Shown: piece after piece, positions 26,516 through 38,689 of the stretch
How positions within the stretch are numbered: position 1 is the stretch's first letter
Layout of the letters: the number at the start of each line of letters is the position of its first letter
Origin: Octopus sinensis
Lineage: Eukaryota
Length of the DNA: 64,000 nucleotides
Assembly (NCBI RefSeq): GCF_006345805.1
Contig: NC_043001.1
Span: 18,662,001-18,726,000, forward strand
Direction: 5' to 3'
The notes under the pieces: model-generated
Database searches by the model: none
What the model was told of the DNA's origin: nothing
What the model saw: only the letters and a program-made list of their open reading frames with translations
Translations under genes and position numbers: made by a program

Positions 26516-27129
26516 GTAGATAGATAGAGAAACTAGATGTTGTTAAGAAACGTTCAGGTCGTTTTTGCTGAAACGGAAGCACGCTTTCCATTTTAAACAT
26601 CAATGTTGCCACCGTATGAAACCGAATGCAGCAGTATTGAATCCAGCTATGAGACAATTATTCCATTTTATGATTTCATTTCCCTTCTCTCAGAAGATTT
26701 GTTTCTTTGACTGCGGAATTGGTCTCTCTCTCCCATGCGTCTGGCTGGAAGAAAAAGACCAATGATAAAGAGAAATAAACCCGTTTAATGCCCAGAATGC
26801 TTTCTAGAAATAGATTATGCATCCTGTTACGTAGTTAGAACAGGAATTGTACTTTGTAGTAATCCAACATTGACCAGTCAGACAAACCAGCTGGTGGGGT
26901 CTCCCGTGCGCTGTAAATCTATCGAGAGGGAGGCCCTGAAACGTTGCGCATTCTCTCCTGACGACGCATAAAATCTACTGGCATCCGGAAATTGGAGTTT
27001 TCGACTGACTGCACTCGCACAAACACGCTGTTTCCAAGTCCCTCTTGAGAGGAAAAGTTACCCAATCGACATCTGCAATTTGAACGATTTATACTATTAG
27101 TTAACAAAAATGTTATGATGACTTATGTC

Positions 27130-27470
27130 TCCCTTTCGGTAGAATCTTCACATATAAATATATATACATACATATACACATATACATATACATACATATA
27201 CACACATACATATACATACATATGCATACATATACATACATACATATACAAACATATATATACGTGCATACATACATATGCATACATATACATACATACA
27301 TATACAAACATATATACGTGCATACATACATATACATACATATACATACATACATATACATACATACATACATATACATACATACATACATATACATACA
27401 TACATACATATACATACATACATATACATACACACATATACACTGATATATATACACTGATATATATACA

Positions 27471-27518
<48 letters not shown>

Positions 27519-27520
27519 TC
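27130..27520. repeat. Degenerate (CATA)/(TA) compound microsatellite; similar tract at 42710-43200
   Basis: Direct reading; source of many overlapping pseudo-ORFs. Confidence 0.95.
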
Positions 27521-28177
27521 CATAAATGAGTGTATATGTATTATACATATCAACTCTAAACATTAAAATACGTCTTAGAAGTGAATGTAGCCGACTTGTG
27601 TGGAGAGACCCGGACCGGTGCCACTGTTCAATGACTAGAACAAGTTAAAGTAGAAAGAAATTCAAGAAATCTCTCTCTCTAAATGCATACATTCAACTGC
27701 CCAAACTCTCACACGCACACATACGCGTGCGCGCGCATACAGATTCATAAACATATAAGAGTTGGTGATCACGGTTTCGAGGAAAGAACTACTCGTTAGG
27801 AGTTGATGACAGCAACAAAACAAAAGCGATCCTTTTCTATCTTCATTGAAATGCGATAATCGCAACCATTGATTAACCGATACGCTTTAAGGAATTAAAG
27901 GAAAACAAAATATAGAAATATGAATCCTTAGACGCATGATTTTCTTCCTCATACAGCATTCAACAAAACCCATAGAGACAGAAGGCGAAGGCATGACTGT
28001 TTGGTTAAGAAGCTCTCTTTGCGACTTCGGGGTTTCGGGTTCAGTCTCATTGCGCGGCACTGTAGCCGCGGACCGAGCAATGCCTTTTGGTAAATAGATA
28101 GATAGATAGATAGATAGATGGATAGATGGATAGATAGAGATAGAGATAGAGAAATAGTATTGATATATATATATATA

Positions 28178-28333
28178 GGAGTGGCTGAGTGGTAAGTAGC
28201 TTGCCCGCCAACCACATGGTTCCGGGTTCATTCCCACTGCGTGGGACCTTAGGTGTCTCCTACTATAGTCTCGGGCGGACCAAAGCCTTGTGAGTGATTT
28301 GGTTGACGGAAACTGAAAGACGCCCGTCGTGTA

Positions 28334-28382
<49 letters not shown>

Positions 28383-29179
28383 TGTGTGTCGGTGTTTATC
28401 CCTCACCATCGCTTGGCGACCGATGCTGGTGTGTTTACGTCCCCGTAACATAGCGGTTTGGCAAAAGACACCGATAAAATAAGTACTAGGCTTACAAAGA
28501 ACAAGTCCTGGTGTCGATTTGTTCGACTTAAGGCGGTGCTCCGGCATGACCGCCGTCAAATGACTAAAGCAAAACAAAAAAAAAAAAGAGTAAAAGAGTA
28601 CACATATGTACGCGTGCGTATTTGTAACTGTTTGTCTCCATCACAGTCTGACAACCGGTGTTCGTTTGTTTACGTCTTTGCAACACAGCGGTTTGCCAAA
28701 CGACACCGATAGACTACGTAACGGACTTTAAAAATAAGCACCGGGGTCGATATGTTCGAATAAACCTGCATAAGGCCTTGCCCCAGAATGGCCGTAGCCC
28801 AGTGACTGAATCAAGTAAAATCGATAAAAAAAATAAACGACAGAGGCGTAGGAGTGGCTGTGTGGTAAATAGCTTGCTTACCAACCACATGGTTCCGGGT
28901 TCAGTCCCACTGCGTGGCACCTTGGGCAAGTGTCTTCTATTATAGCCTCGGGCCGACCAAGGCCTTGTGAGTAGATTTGGTAGACGGAAACTGAAAGAAG
29001 CCCGTCGTATATATATATATATATACAGGGTGTCCCAAAAAATGTATACACATAGTGGTTCGGCAAAAGAGAACGATAGAATAAGTACTAGGCTTACAAA
29101 GAATAACAAATTTACAATTATTAAGGTGTGTATACATTTTTTTGGGACACCCTGTATATATATATATATATATATATAG

Positions 29180-29211
<32 letters not shown>

Positions 29212-29478
29212 ATGTGTGTGTGTGTGTGTGTGTGGTGTGTGTGTGTATGTGTGTGTGTGCGTGTGTGTTTGTGTGTCTGTGTTTGTCCCCCTAGCATTGC
29301 TTGACAACCGATGCTGGTTTGTTTATGTCCCCGTCGCTCAGCGGTTCGGCAAAAATGAGACCGATAGAATAAGTACTGGGCTTACAAAAGAATAAGTCCC
29401 GGGGTCGAGTTGCTTCTCGACTAAAGGCGGTGTTCCAGCATGGCCGCAATCAAATGACTGAAACAAGTAAAAATAGAT
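28178..29478 (+). mobile_element. Two SINE family C copies (28178-28595 and 28846-29478) plus degraded C-like fragments
   Basis: Consensus matches; the second copy is interrupted by a MITE. Confidence 0.85.
29026..29154. mobile_element. Tc1/mariner-type MITE (26-27-bp TIRs, TA flanks) carrying a SINE C fragment
   Basis: ta|cagggtgtcccaaaaaatgtatacac ... gtgtatacatttttttgggacaccctg|ta; internal 29055-29106 matches SINE C. Confidence 0.8.
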
Positions 29479-29896
29479 AAAAAAAAGTAAACGACAGAGA
29501 GAAATATTGGCGGTTACTTCACAGTTGGTAATGTCCATAAATGTTGTTTCCCCATTGCTAACATCATAGAGACTGACTTCTCCGCGAACATGTACGTACA
29601 AGCTGGAGGAAAAAGCGAAAGAGACGGGATGAAACGTGAGATAATTAGCCTACCGCTCATTTCATCGCTTTATCTATAATCTTATATCGATCAATCACAA
29701 GCGATCATTCAATATAATTTCTTAAAGGGATTATCAAATATATGTATGTAAGTATGTATGTATGTATGTATGTATGTATGTATGTATGTATGTATCTATC
29801 TATGTATGTATGTATATGCATACGTGTGCTTATATGTGTATACTCACATGCACACACACAGGTATATAATTATATATATGTGTGTGCGTGTGCGCG

Positions 29897-29933
<37 letters not shown>

Positions 29934-30012
29934 ATACATACACATATATATATGTATATATATACACATATACATTTAGATGTATATATATAATGAAAAT
30001 TCTGTTTCTATA

Positions 30013-30065
<53 letters not shown>

Positions 30066-30094
30066 AGTGTGTGCGTGAGAGAGAGAGAGACGGA

Positions 30095-30148
<54 letters not shown>

Positions 30149-30448
30149 GTGTATTTACGTATATATATATTTCTAATAGCTTTCTGTTACTGCTCTTTGG
30201 CGTCATGAGTGGGTTGTGCCACGACAGATTTAGTCGATCTTATCGACCTTAGATTCTGTTTTTGTTTAGTCTGGTATCTATTTTCTTGTTTATCATTATT
30301 TACAAAGTCGCAACGTTGCTGGACACAATGGGACACGACAAAAATAGCATCGTTTTTGTCAAGCATTCACATACACAAACACACATACACACGAACAGAT
30401 ATATGTACACGCTCATGCGCACGATCGAACGACCGAATATACATATCG

Positions 30449-30788
30449 CTTTTACTTGTTTCAGTCATTTGACCGCGGCCATGCTGGAGCACCGCCTTTA
30501 GTCGAGCAAATCGACACCAGGACTTATTCTTTGTAAGCCTAGTACTTATTCTATCGGCCTCTCTTTTGCTGAACCGTTAAGTTACGGGGACGTAAACACA
30601 CCAGCATCGATTGACAAGCGATGTTGTGGGGACAAACACAGACACACAAACATATACACACACCTTCATACATACATACATAAATACATAGATACATACG
30701 TACATTCATACATACATACACACACATATATATATATATACATATTATATACACACACACACATATATATATATATAACACACACACA

Positions 30789-30838
<50 letters not shown>

Positions 30839-30955
30839 TGGCTTCTTTCAGTTTCCGTCTACCAAATCACTCACAACAAGGATTTGGTCTGCCCGAGGCT
30901 ATAGTAGAAGACACTTGCCCAAGGTGCCACGCAGTGGGACTGAACCCGGAACCAT
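30449..30955 (-). mobile_element. SINE family C with expanded internal microsatellite, 5'-truncated
   Basis: Consensus match. Confidence 0.85.
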
Positions 30956-31270
30956 CTTTATACATATTATAAACATACACACATATATATATATGCGTAC
31001 TCTGTCCCTCACTCCCCCTTTCTCCCCCTCTCTCTCAGCTTCTCTTAGTCTCTCTCATTCTCTTTCTCTCTCCCTCTCTCTCTTTCTTTCAGTTTCTCTC
31101 TTTTCGCCTCTCTCCGTCTCCCCCAATCTCTCTAGTTTCATTTGTTTTGACTATGTAGTTTCTGTGATATTTACATCTCAAATGATGCCAAATTTTTTGA
31201 AACATCCTGTGTATATCTAAATACACACACACACACACACACACACACCACACACACATATATATATATA

Positions 31271-31474
31271 ATTTAAATCATCAGAAAATGGAGAAAACTT
31301 TTGATCAACAAACAAATTGAACCACATCGGTTGATTACTTTTTAATACAAAACATGATATAACATTTCTAGAAATGTTATGTCATGTTTTATATTAAAAA
31401 ATAATCAACCGACGTGGTTCAATTTGTTTATTTGTTGATCAAAGGTTTTTTTACCATTTTCTGATTATTTAAAT
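31271..31474. repeat. Imperfect spacerless palindrome (about 200 bp)
   Basis: Centre aacatttctagaaatgtt; arms tttgatcaacaaacaaattgaaccac and gtggttcaatttgtttatttgttgatcaaa. Confidence 0.9.
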
Positions 31475-31531
31475 TTGATTCCTGATAAACTTTCGTTTAT
31501 TCTGTTCTTATCTGTACCCTACAAGCATAGT

Positions 31532-31911
31532 GGAGGCGCAATGGCCCAGTGATTATGGCAGCGGACTCGCGGTCATAGGGTCGAGGTTTCGATTCCCAGA
31601 CCGGGCGTTGTGAGTGTTTATTGAGCGAAAACCCCTAAAAGCTCCACGAGACTCCAGCAGGGGAGGGTGGTGATCCTGCTTTACTCTTTCACCACAACTT
31701 TTCTCTCACTCTTACTTCTGTTTCTGTTGTACCTGTATTTCAAAGGCCGGCCCTTGTCACTCTCTGTGTCACGCTGAATATCCCCGAGACTCGTTAAGGG
31801 TGCACGTGTCCGTGGAGTGCTCAGCCACTTACACGTTAATTTCACGAGCAGGTTGTTCCATTGATTCGGATCAACCGGAACCCTCATCGTCGTAACCGAC
31901 GGAGTGCTTCC
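31532..31911 (+). mobile_element. SINE family A with TSD acaagcatagtg
   Basis: Full-length match, 12-bp TSD. Confidence 0.9.
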
Positions 31912-32026
31912 ACAAGCATAGTGTGCCTGCATACCCATGGCCAGGGATAGTACAGGTAACTGATGCCGATAGTAGATATGGGTATTTTTATCCCTTAGTC
32001 GGTTACTACAGCTGCTAACTATACTC

Positions 32027-32102
<76 letters not shown>

Positions 32103-32248
32103 TAATCTTACATATATACCATTTTGCCTAAAAAATGTATCTACAAATTCAATATCCCTACATATCTCACATCTATTTTTTTCCTCCACCTCATTCTCTA
32201 TTTTGTATCCTATCTAAATTAATTGTTACTTAACCATCCTCTCACACC

Positions 32249-32296
32249 GTCTCCGATGAAGGGATACAATAAATATCCTGGAAACAGCTGTAAGAC
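32249..32296 (+). ncRNA. Minimal type I hammerhead ribozyme motif (CCGAUGA core variant)
   Basis: gtct CCGATGA A G-GGATA caataaa TATCC-T G GAAA C agct GTA agac: stem I gtct/agac, stem II, palindromic CAGCUG helix III, GUA site; base of stem II is irregular. Confidence 0.6.
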
Positions 32297-32661
32297 CTTC
32301 TATCTATAAATGTTCTAATATCTACACAGCCTTGGTTTTTTATCTCATTACGCAAAAAATTCATTTATATATATATATACATACATACACACACACACAT
32401 TTATATGTATTTCAATTAATATATACATACAACAGAAAACGAGTTGCATATCCACATTCATTGACTTACAGCTGTTTCTGCTGCAGGAAACTGTATATTA
32501 GCTCGGTCGAAACAAGATTAAGTTAATGATGAAAGCTATTAGGTACTCCCATATTTTTTATCTATTTATTAATTATTATTATGCCCTGTACTTACGCAAC
32601 ATATACGCATATATGTATATATATATATATAATATATATACATATATATACATATATATAC

Positions 32662-32708
<47 letters not shown>

Positions 32709-33035
32709 GGAGAGAGAGAGAGAGAGGAGGAGAGAGAGAGAGAGAGAGGAGAGAGAAACACATTTATATAGTTTTGTGTTTCTCACTGTATGTCCCCAGC
32801 GATCGCTTTCTCTATCACTCGTGAATTCACGGTCTCTGTATCATGCTGTCCAATAGGGCTTTTAATATAGATATACAATGGAGAAATTGTACAAAATGTA
32901 TAAATGGATGATGACTGAAGCACCGGCACCGTTTCAATTACCCATTGTAGAATTACTGCAGGAACTTCGTAGTGGCGGTTGGGGTAACAGTATTAATAAA
33001 ATTGGAGATGGAATGTGTTATAAACTTGATTGGGT

Positions 33036-33072
33036 GCAACACATGTATCGACCTGTTTTGGGTCTCTTCAGG
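33036..33072 (-). ncRNA. Degenerate minimal hammerhead ribozyme motif
   Basis: Minus strand: CTGAAGA GACC caaaaca GGTC GATA C atgt GTT; GAAA changed to GATA and stem I poorly paired. Confidence 0.45.
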
Positions 33073-33508
33073 TATATCAATAAAAGTGTCACTAGAGATT
33101 TCTTGTATATAAGTGTGAACATTTGTATATGCTCTGTGGATACGTTGTGTTCGTATGGCAGGTATAAAGTTTTTATTATATTCATGTATTTGTGGTTATA
33201 TTATACTGATGATAGGAGAGTGTATTACTTCACTAACCTTGAAATCGTTCGATATATGAGTAAAGTTTAAAAAAAAAAAAACTTTTTGTTCATTCTTTCG
33301 GTTTCAGTGACCGTGTATATGTGATAAAGTAGTTAAGAGCCATTTGGAGCCTTCTTTCAGCCTGTGGCATTACCTCTCGTAATTGCCCTTTCAATAATTT
33401 TATAATTATGTTAATAAAATTATATACTTCGTATCAATTTTTACCTTAATTGGTCTTACACGCTGGCTACTTGATAAAATCTTATATAGATTTTATCCTC
33501 AATTTTAA

Positions 33509-33582
<74 letters not shown>

Positions 33583-33785
33583 TATATATATATATATATA
33601 TCAGGCGAGATGATTGCATCGGACAAAATGCCTAATTGCTTAGCTGCATTTCGTCCCGTCTTGACATTCTGAGTTCAAGCTCCGTTGAAGTCGATTTCGC
33701 CTTTCATCCTTTCAAGGTCGATAAAAAAAGTACTAGTTGAGCACTAGGGTCGAGGTAATCGACTTGTACAAAATTCTGAAACCAC

Positions 33786-33816
<31 letters not shown>

Positions 33817-33823
33817 TATATAC

Positions 33824-33857
<34 letters not shown>

Positions 33858-34392
33858 GGGGAGAAAGAGAGAGAGAGAGAGGGAAAGACAGAAAGAGAAA
33901 ATAAGTACAAGCTGAGCACTGGGGTCGATGTAATCAACTTAACCCCTTCCACGAAGTTGCTGGCCTTGTGCCGAAATTTGAAACCAATATGCATATATTC
34001 ATATATCAACATATGTGTGTGTGTTCATAAGTCTGTATATATATCTGTATAATCAGTATATATATCTATATGTATTTATTTCCATTTGTATGTATGTATA
34101 TATTTATACTGATAGGCAGATAGATACATATTTTCTTAGGTCAGTAAACTTCAATACAGCCTTTGATCACACGAGATCAAGTTCTTCACAGAAAAATCTT
34201 GTACATGGTCAATAATTGTCGTTTGAATTGAACAAGAAGTATGGGTCATGAAATACGCGCAAACGGAAATCGAATTGCGTGCATTCACTACATACATACA
34301 TACATACATACATACATACATACATACATACATACATACATACATACATACATACATACATACATACATACATTATATATATATAATATATA

Positions 34393-34424
<32 letters not shown>

Positions 34425-34436
34425 CACTTGCCTGTA

Positions 34437-34497
<61 letters not shown>

Positions 34498-34530
34498 GAA
34501 GTTTTGGAGTTGATGTACAGGTATTATATA

Positions 34531-34778
34531 TTAGAAAAAATAAGGTACTCGGAAACTGGATGGTTGTACATTTACAGATTTTTATTAATATTCACATGTT
34601 TTTATAAATCACATATATATATACCGCTTGCATCTACTCTAGTAGATTCTTCAAATCTGAAGATTATACTCGAGTAGATGCAAGCGGTAATATATGTGAT
34701 TTATAAAACATGTGACATATTAATAAAAATCTGTAAATGTACAACCATCCAGATTTCCGAGTACCTTATTTTTTCTAA
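34531..34778. repeat. Inverted repeat (about 108-bp arms, 32-bp spacer) between two (TA)n tracts
   Basis: ttagaaaaaataaggtactcgg...gcatctactc versus gagtagatgc...ccgagtaccttattttttctaa. Confidence 0.9.
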
Positions 34779-34784
34779 CATATA

Positions 34785-34824
<40 letters not shown>

Positions 34825-34831
34825 TATATAT

Positions 34832-34946
34832 AAACATTACCTTATATAATTAGGCTTCAGTAAAATAATTTACTTTATCACACACCGAACTGGTGTGTGG
34901 TAAAGTAAATTATTTTACTGAACCCTTATTATATAACGTAATGTTT
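34832..34946. repeat. Imperfect palindrome (about 115 bp) adjacent to (TA)n
   Basis: ttcagtaaaataatttacttt..cacacc gaact ggtgtg..aaagtaaattattttactgaa. Confidence 0.9.
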
Positions 34947-35034
34947 TAAATATACCGTAAATGGTCTTTTTGCATACTGAACACTACTTGGTAAAATTAA
35001 TTAATAATTAATTAATTTTACCCTTTTATTATTG

Positions 35035-35101
<67 letters not shown>

Positions 35102-35104
35102 TAT

Positions 35105-36165
35105 ACGGGGTGCGATGAGAAAATTCTCACCATTTTATATCTTTATTTCGCGCATGCGCATTGTTTGTTTTTGATTTTGTAGACTACACAGTATAGTAGG
35201 GTCAGTTGGGCACCGTCTGGGAGAAAAACAGCTCCATGACGCCATACACTCTGCCAGAAATTTGGAAACGATATGCTGTACAGCTTGACATTCGCACCGA
35301 AAGCTGTAGTACTTTCTTAGGCAGTTACGAAAGGCTATCAAGATGAAACGCTCAAGAAAACTGACAAAAGGGGTCTTGCTTCATCTGGACAATGCTCCTG
35401 CACATAAATCGTTGGTTTCAATGGTTGCTGTGCGGGACTGTGGCTCTGAACTGGTTGATCGCCGTCCCTATTCTCCCGATTTGGTCCCACCTCTCTCTCT
35501 ATATATCATTTCCCCACTGGTTGGGTGGTAAGTAGCTTGCTTACCAACCACATGGTTCCGGGTTCAGTCCCACTGCGTGGCACCTTGGGCAAATGTCTTC
35601 TACTATGGCCTCAGGCCGACCAAAGCTTTGTGAGTGGATTTGGTAGACGGAAACTGAAAGAAGCCTGTTGTATATATGTACATATATATATATGTGTGTT
35701 TTTGTGTGTCTGTGTTTGTCCCCCCAACATCGTTTGACAACCGGTGATGGTGTGTTTACCTCCCCATAACTTAGCGGTTCGGCAAAAGAAACCGATAGAA
35801 TAAGCACCAGGCTTACAAAGAATAAGTCCCGGGGTCGATTTGCTCGACTAAAAGCGGTGCTCCAGCATGGCAGCAGTCAAATGACTGAAACAAGTAAAAG
35901 AGTAAAAGAAAGTAAGAATATATAAAAACACCGAAGGACCCAGTATCGCAGTGGCGATGACATCATATCTGCTGTCGATGACTTTTTTGCTCAACAGGAT
36001 GAAAGGTTCTTTGCCAATGGAACCCAAGCACTGTGACACGGATGGAAGGTGTGAGTCGACCGCAAGGAGGGCTATGTTGAAAAGTAAACTCCCATTTGGT
36101 CACATTCCACGAGAGTAACTTGGTGAGACTACAAACATTTCAGCCGACCCTTGTAATCAGTTTCC
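35105..36165 (+). mobile_element. Internally deleted mariner element, interrupted by SINE C (35525-35910)
   Basis: LHLDNAPAHKS...PYSPDLVP before the SINE; YRSGDDIISAVDDFFAQQDERFF...GYVEK* after it; TA at the 5' end. Confidence 0.85.
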
Positions 36166-36202
36166 TTCTACCGAGTTTTACTCACAAAACCACAAAGATG
36201 TC

Positions 36203-36580
36203 ATGCTTAGCGGCATTTCATCTGTCTTTGTGTTCTGAGCTCAAATTCCGCCGAGGTCGACTTTGCCTTTTATCCTTTTGGGGTCGATAAATTAAGTACC
36301 AGTTACGCACTGGGGTCGATATAATCGACTTAATCCGTTTGTCTGTCCTTGTTTGTCCTCTCTGTGTTTAGCCCCTTGTGAGTAGTAAAGAAATAGATAT
36401 TCCGTCTGCCGCTACGTTCTGTGTTCAAATTCCGCCGCGGTCGACTTTGCCTTTCATCCTTTCGGGCTCGATTAAATAAGTATCAGTTACGCACTGGGGT
36501 CGATATAATCGACTTAATCCGTTTGCCCGTCCTTATTTGTCCCCTCTGTGTTTAGCACCTTGTGGGTAGTAAAGAAATAG
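36203..36580 (+). mobile_element. SINE family D, two units
   Basis: Junction aaata|gatattccgtc at 36395/36396; 3' flank starts ggtatgc. Confidence 0.85.
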
Positions 36581-36689
36581 GTATGCGCTCCTCTTACTAT
36601 TGAGCCTTTCCCGAGTCCATAAACTCATACATACGTAATTAATTAATTAATTAATCAATTAATTATACATATATATATATACATATACA

Positions 36690-37003
36690 ACTGTCACTCC
36701 ATTGGTTTCGATCATTGTTCCAGTTGATCCGATCAACAAAACAGCCTTCTCGTGAAATCAAAGTTCTAGTGGCTCCATAGACACACGTACCCTTAACGTA
36801 GTTCCCTGGGAGTTCAGCGCGAGACAGAATTTAGCAAGGTTGGCTCTTTCAAATACAGGTACAACCCATTTCTGACAATTAAGTGGACTGGAGCTCCATG
36901 AAATAAAGTGTCTTGCTCAAGGACGCAACACGCAATCTGGAATCGAACACATGACCGAATGATAGTCAATCGAATATCCTAATACCCTAACCAGTAAGCC
37001 ACC
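36690..37003 (-). mobile_element. Diverged SINE family A2
   Basis: Similar to 15324-15645 and 48821-49137. Confidence 0.7.
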
Positions 37004-37005
37004 TT

Positions 37006-37040
<35 letters not shown>

Positions 37041-37120
37041 GTAGATTTTCAATATGTGACCGCGTGTATATCATTGGCGATTCTTTTCCTCCGTCTTCCT
37101 TGGGTCTTTCCTTTTTCTAT

Positions 37121-37155
37121 GTTTCTGACGAAGAGCTCCGCTCGAAACGTTAAAT
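37121..37155 (+). ncRNA. Minimal type I hammerhead ribozyme motif with intact core
   Basis: gttt CTGACGA A GAGC tcc GCTC GAAA C GTT aaat: intact CUGANGA and GAAA, G10.1-C11.1 pair, palindromic AACGUU helix III, GUU site. Confidence 0.65.
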
Positions 37156-37261
37156 CCTCCTTCTTTCTTTCCTTTCCTGAGCGTCCAATAATACTATACT
37201 TGTTCCACGTCCTCGCATTGTTGTGTTTTCTCTTTGTGTTTTCATGTTTGGGTTAACATTA

Positions 37262-37322
<61 letters not shown>

Positions 37323-37980
37323 GTACATACATACACACTCGTATTATGGGTGTATATATATGCGTATGTATATGTGTGTATATATATATACATATGTATG
37401 TGTGTGTGTATATGTGTGAGTGTTTAACTTAGTGAGTACACACTAAATCGCGTTTCTTTCTATTTAATTATATTATTGAAAACACGCATAAATTTCCAGT
37501 TTTAACACATTTATCAATAATGTCTTTTATTTCTTAAACTTCTTTATGTTATTGTCTGAAAACAGAAGTTTCTTAGCTTTATCGATGATTTACAACTTAG
37601 TCGGTTTTATCTTCTGGAAGAAATGAATGTGGTGACAGTTATTGTTGGCAGTTATGAATTGTAGGTGAAAATAATGTGATACATAATTCGCCTTTCGTTG
37701 CCACTAGTCTTGACATTATTTGAGCTTTGATGAAAAGCAACCAGATGCCCTCTCGGTTATACCTTAATGTCTAAATAAAAAACGAAGGACACATTCATTA
37801 GAAAATATGACCCTAGATGGCTGATAAAAAATGATAAAAAGGAACAGATGTTCAAGGATTAATCTCAGGGGTGCAGTGTTAAGTATGTTATGAATTTCGT
37901 GCCACTTTCAAAACTTTCGTATATTCCAGTTATGCAAGGAGGGCTATGTTGGGACTACGCGTATGAAAACCCGTGCTAAA

Positions 37981-38358
37981 ACTCTTTTACTTGTTTCAGT
38001 CATTTGACTGCGGCCATGCTGGAGCACCGCCTTTAGTCGAGCAAATCGCCCCCAGGACTTATTCTTTGTAAGCCCAGTACTTATTCTATCGGTCTCTTTT
38101 GCCGAACCGCTAAGTGACGGGGACGTAAACACACCAGCATCGGTTGTCAAGCAATGCTAGGGGGACAAACACACACACACAAACACACACACATACACAT
38201 ACATATATACGACGGGCTTCTTTCAGTTTCCGTCTACCAAATCCACTCACAAGGTTTTGGTTGGCCCGAGGCTATAGTAGAAGACACTTGCCCAAGATGC
38301 CACGCAGTGGGACTGAACCCGGAACCATGTGGCTGGTAAGCAAGCTACTTACCACGCC
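37981..38358 (-). mobile_element. SINE family C
   Basis: Consensus match. Confidence 0.9.
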
Positions 38359-38373
38359 TTAAATATAATTGCA

Positions 38374-38578
38374 TTGTCAAGCTTTCAGAGACGCGTAACT
38401 TTCATTCGTCATATTACTGGATGAGATATTTGCCTATCTGCGGATTTCTAAATTCACAAATCAAGAATCGACCAGACTATCAGCTCGAAATTCTACTTTA
38501 GTGGTTCCTATCTTGGGTTGCAGCGCCTTTTTGGGTACATCAGGTGCTCACATAGGGTAATAAATATCTGTTTCTTTA
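38374..38578. repeat. Unclassified dispersed repeat; second copy at about 43489-43715
   Basis: gtcaagctttcagagacgcgtaac...catagggtaataaatatctg present at both loci. Confidence 0.85.
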
Positions 38579-38689
38579 TGATAAATGGCAAGAAAACCTC
38601 TCAATGGCAAATACCAAAAGAGAGAGAATAATTCCCTTACCCATCAATGGTTAATGTCTTCTGGCTTAACATCAGAAACAGAAGGGGTT

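Noticed and set aside
32878-33270. 130-aa plus-strand ORF
   Set aside because: No recognisable domain; it lies in an unclassified repeat-like block whose hammerhead motif is on the opposite strand.
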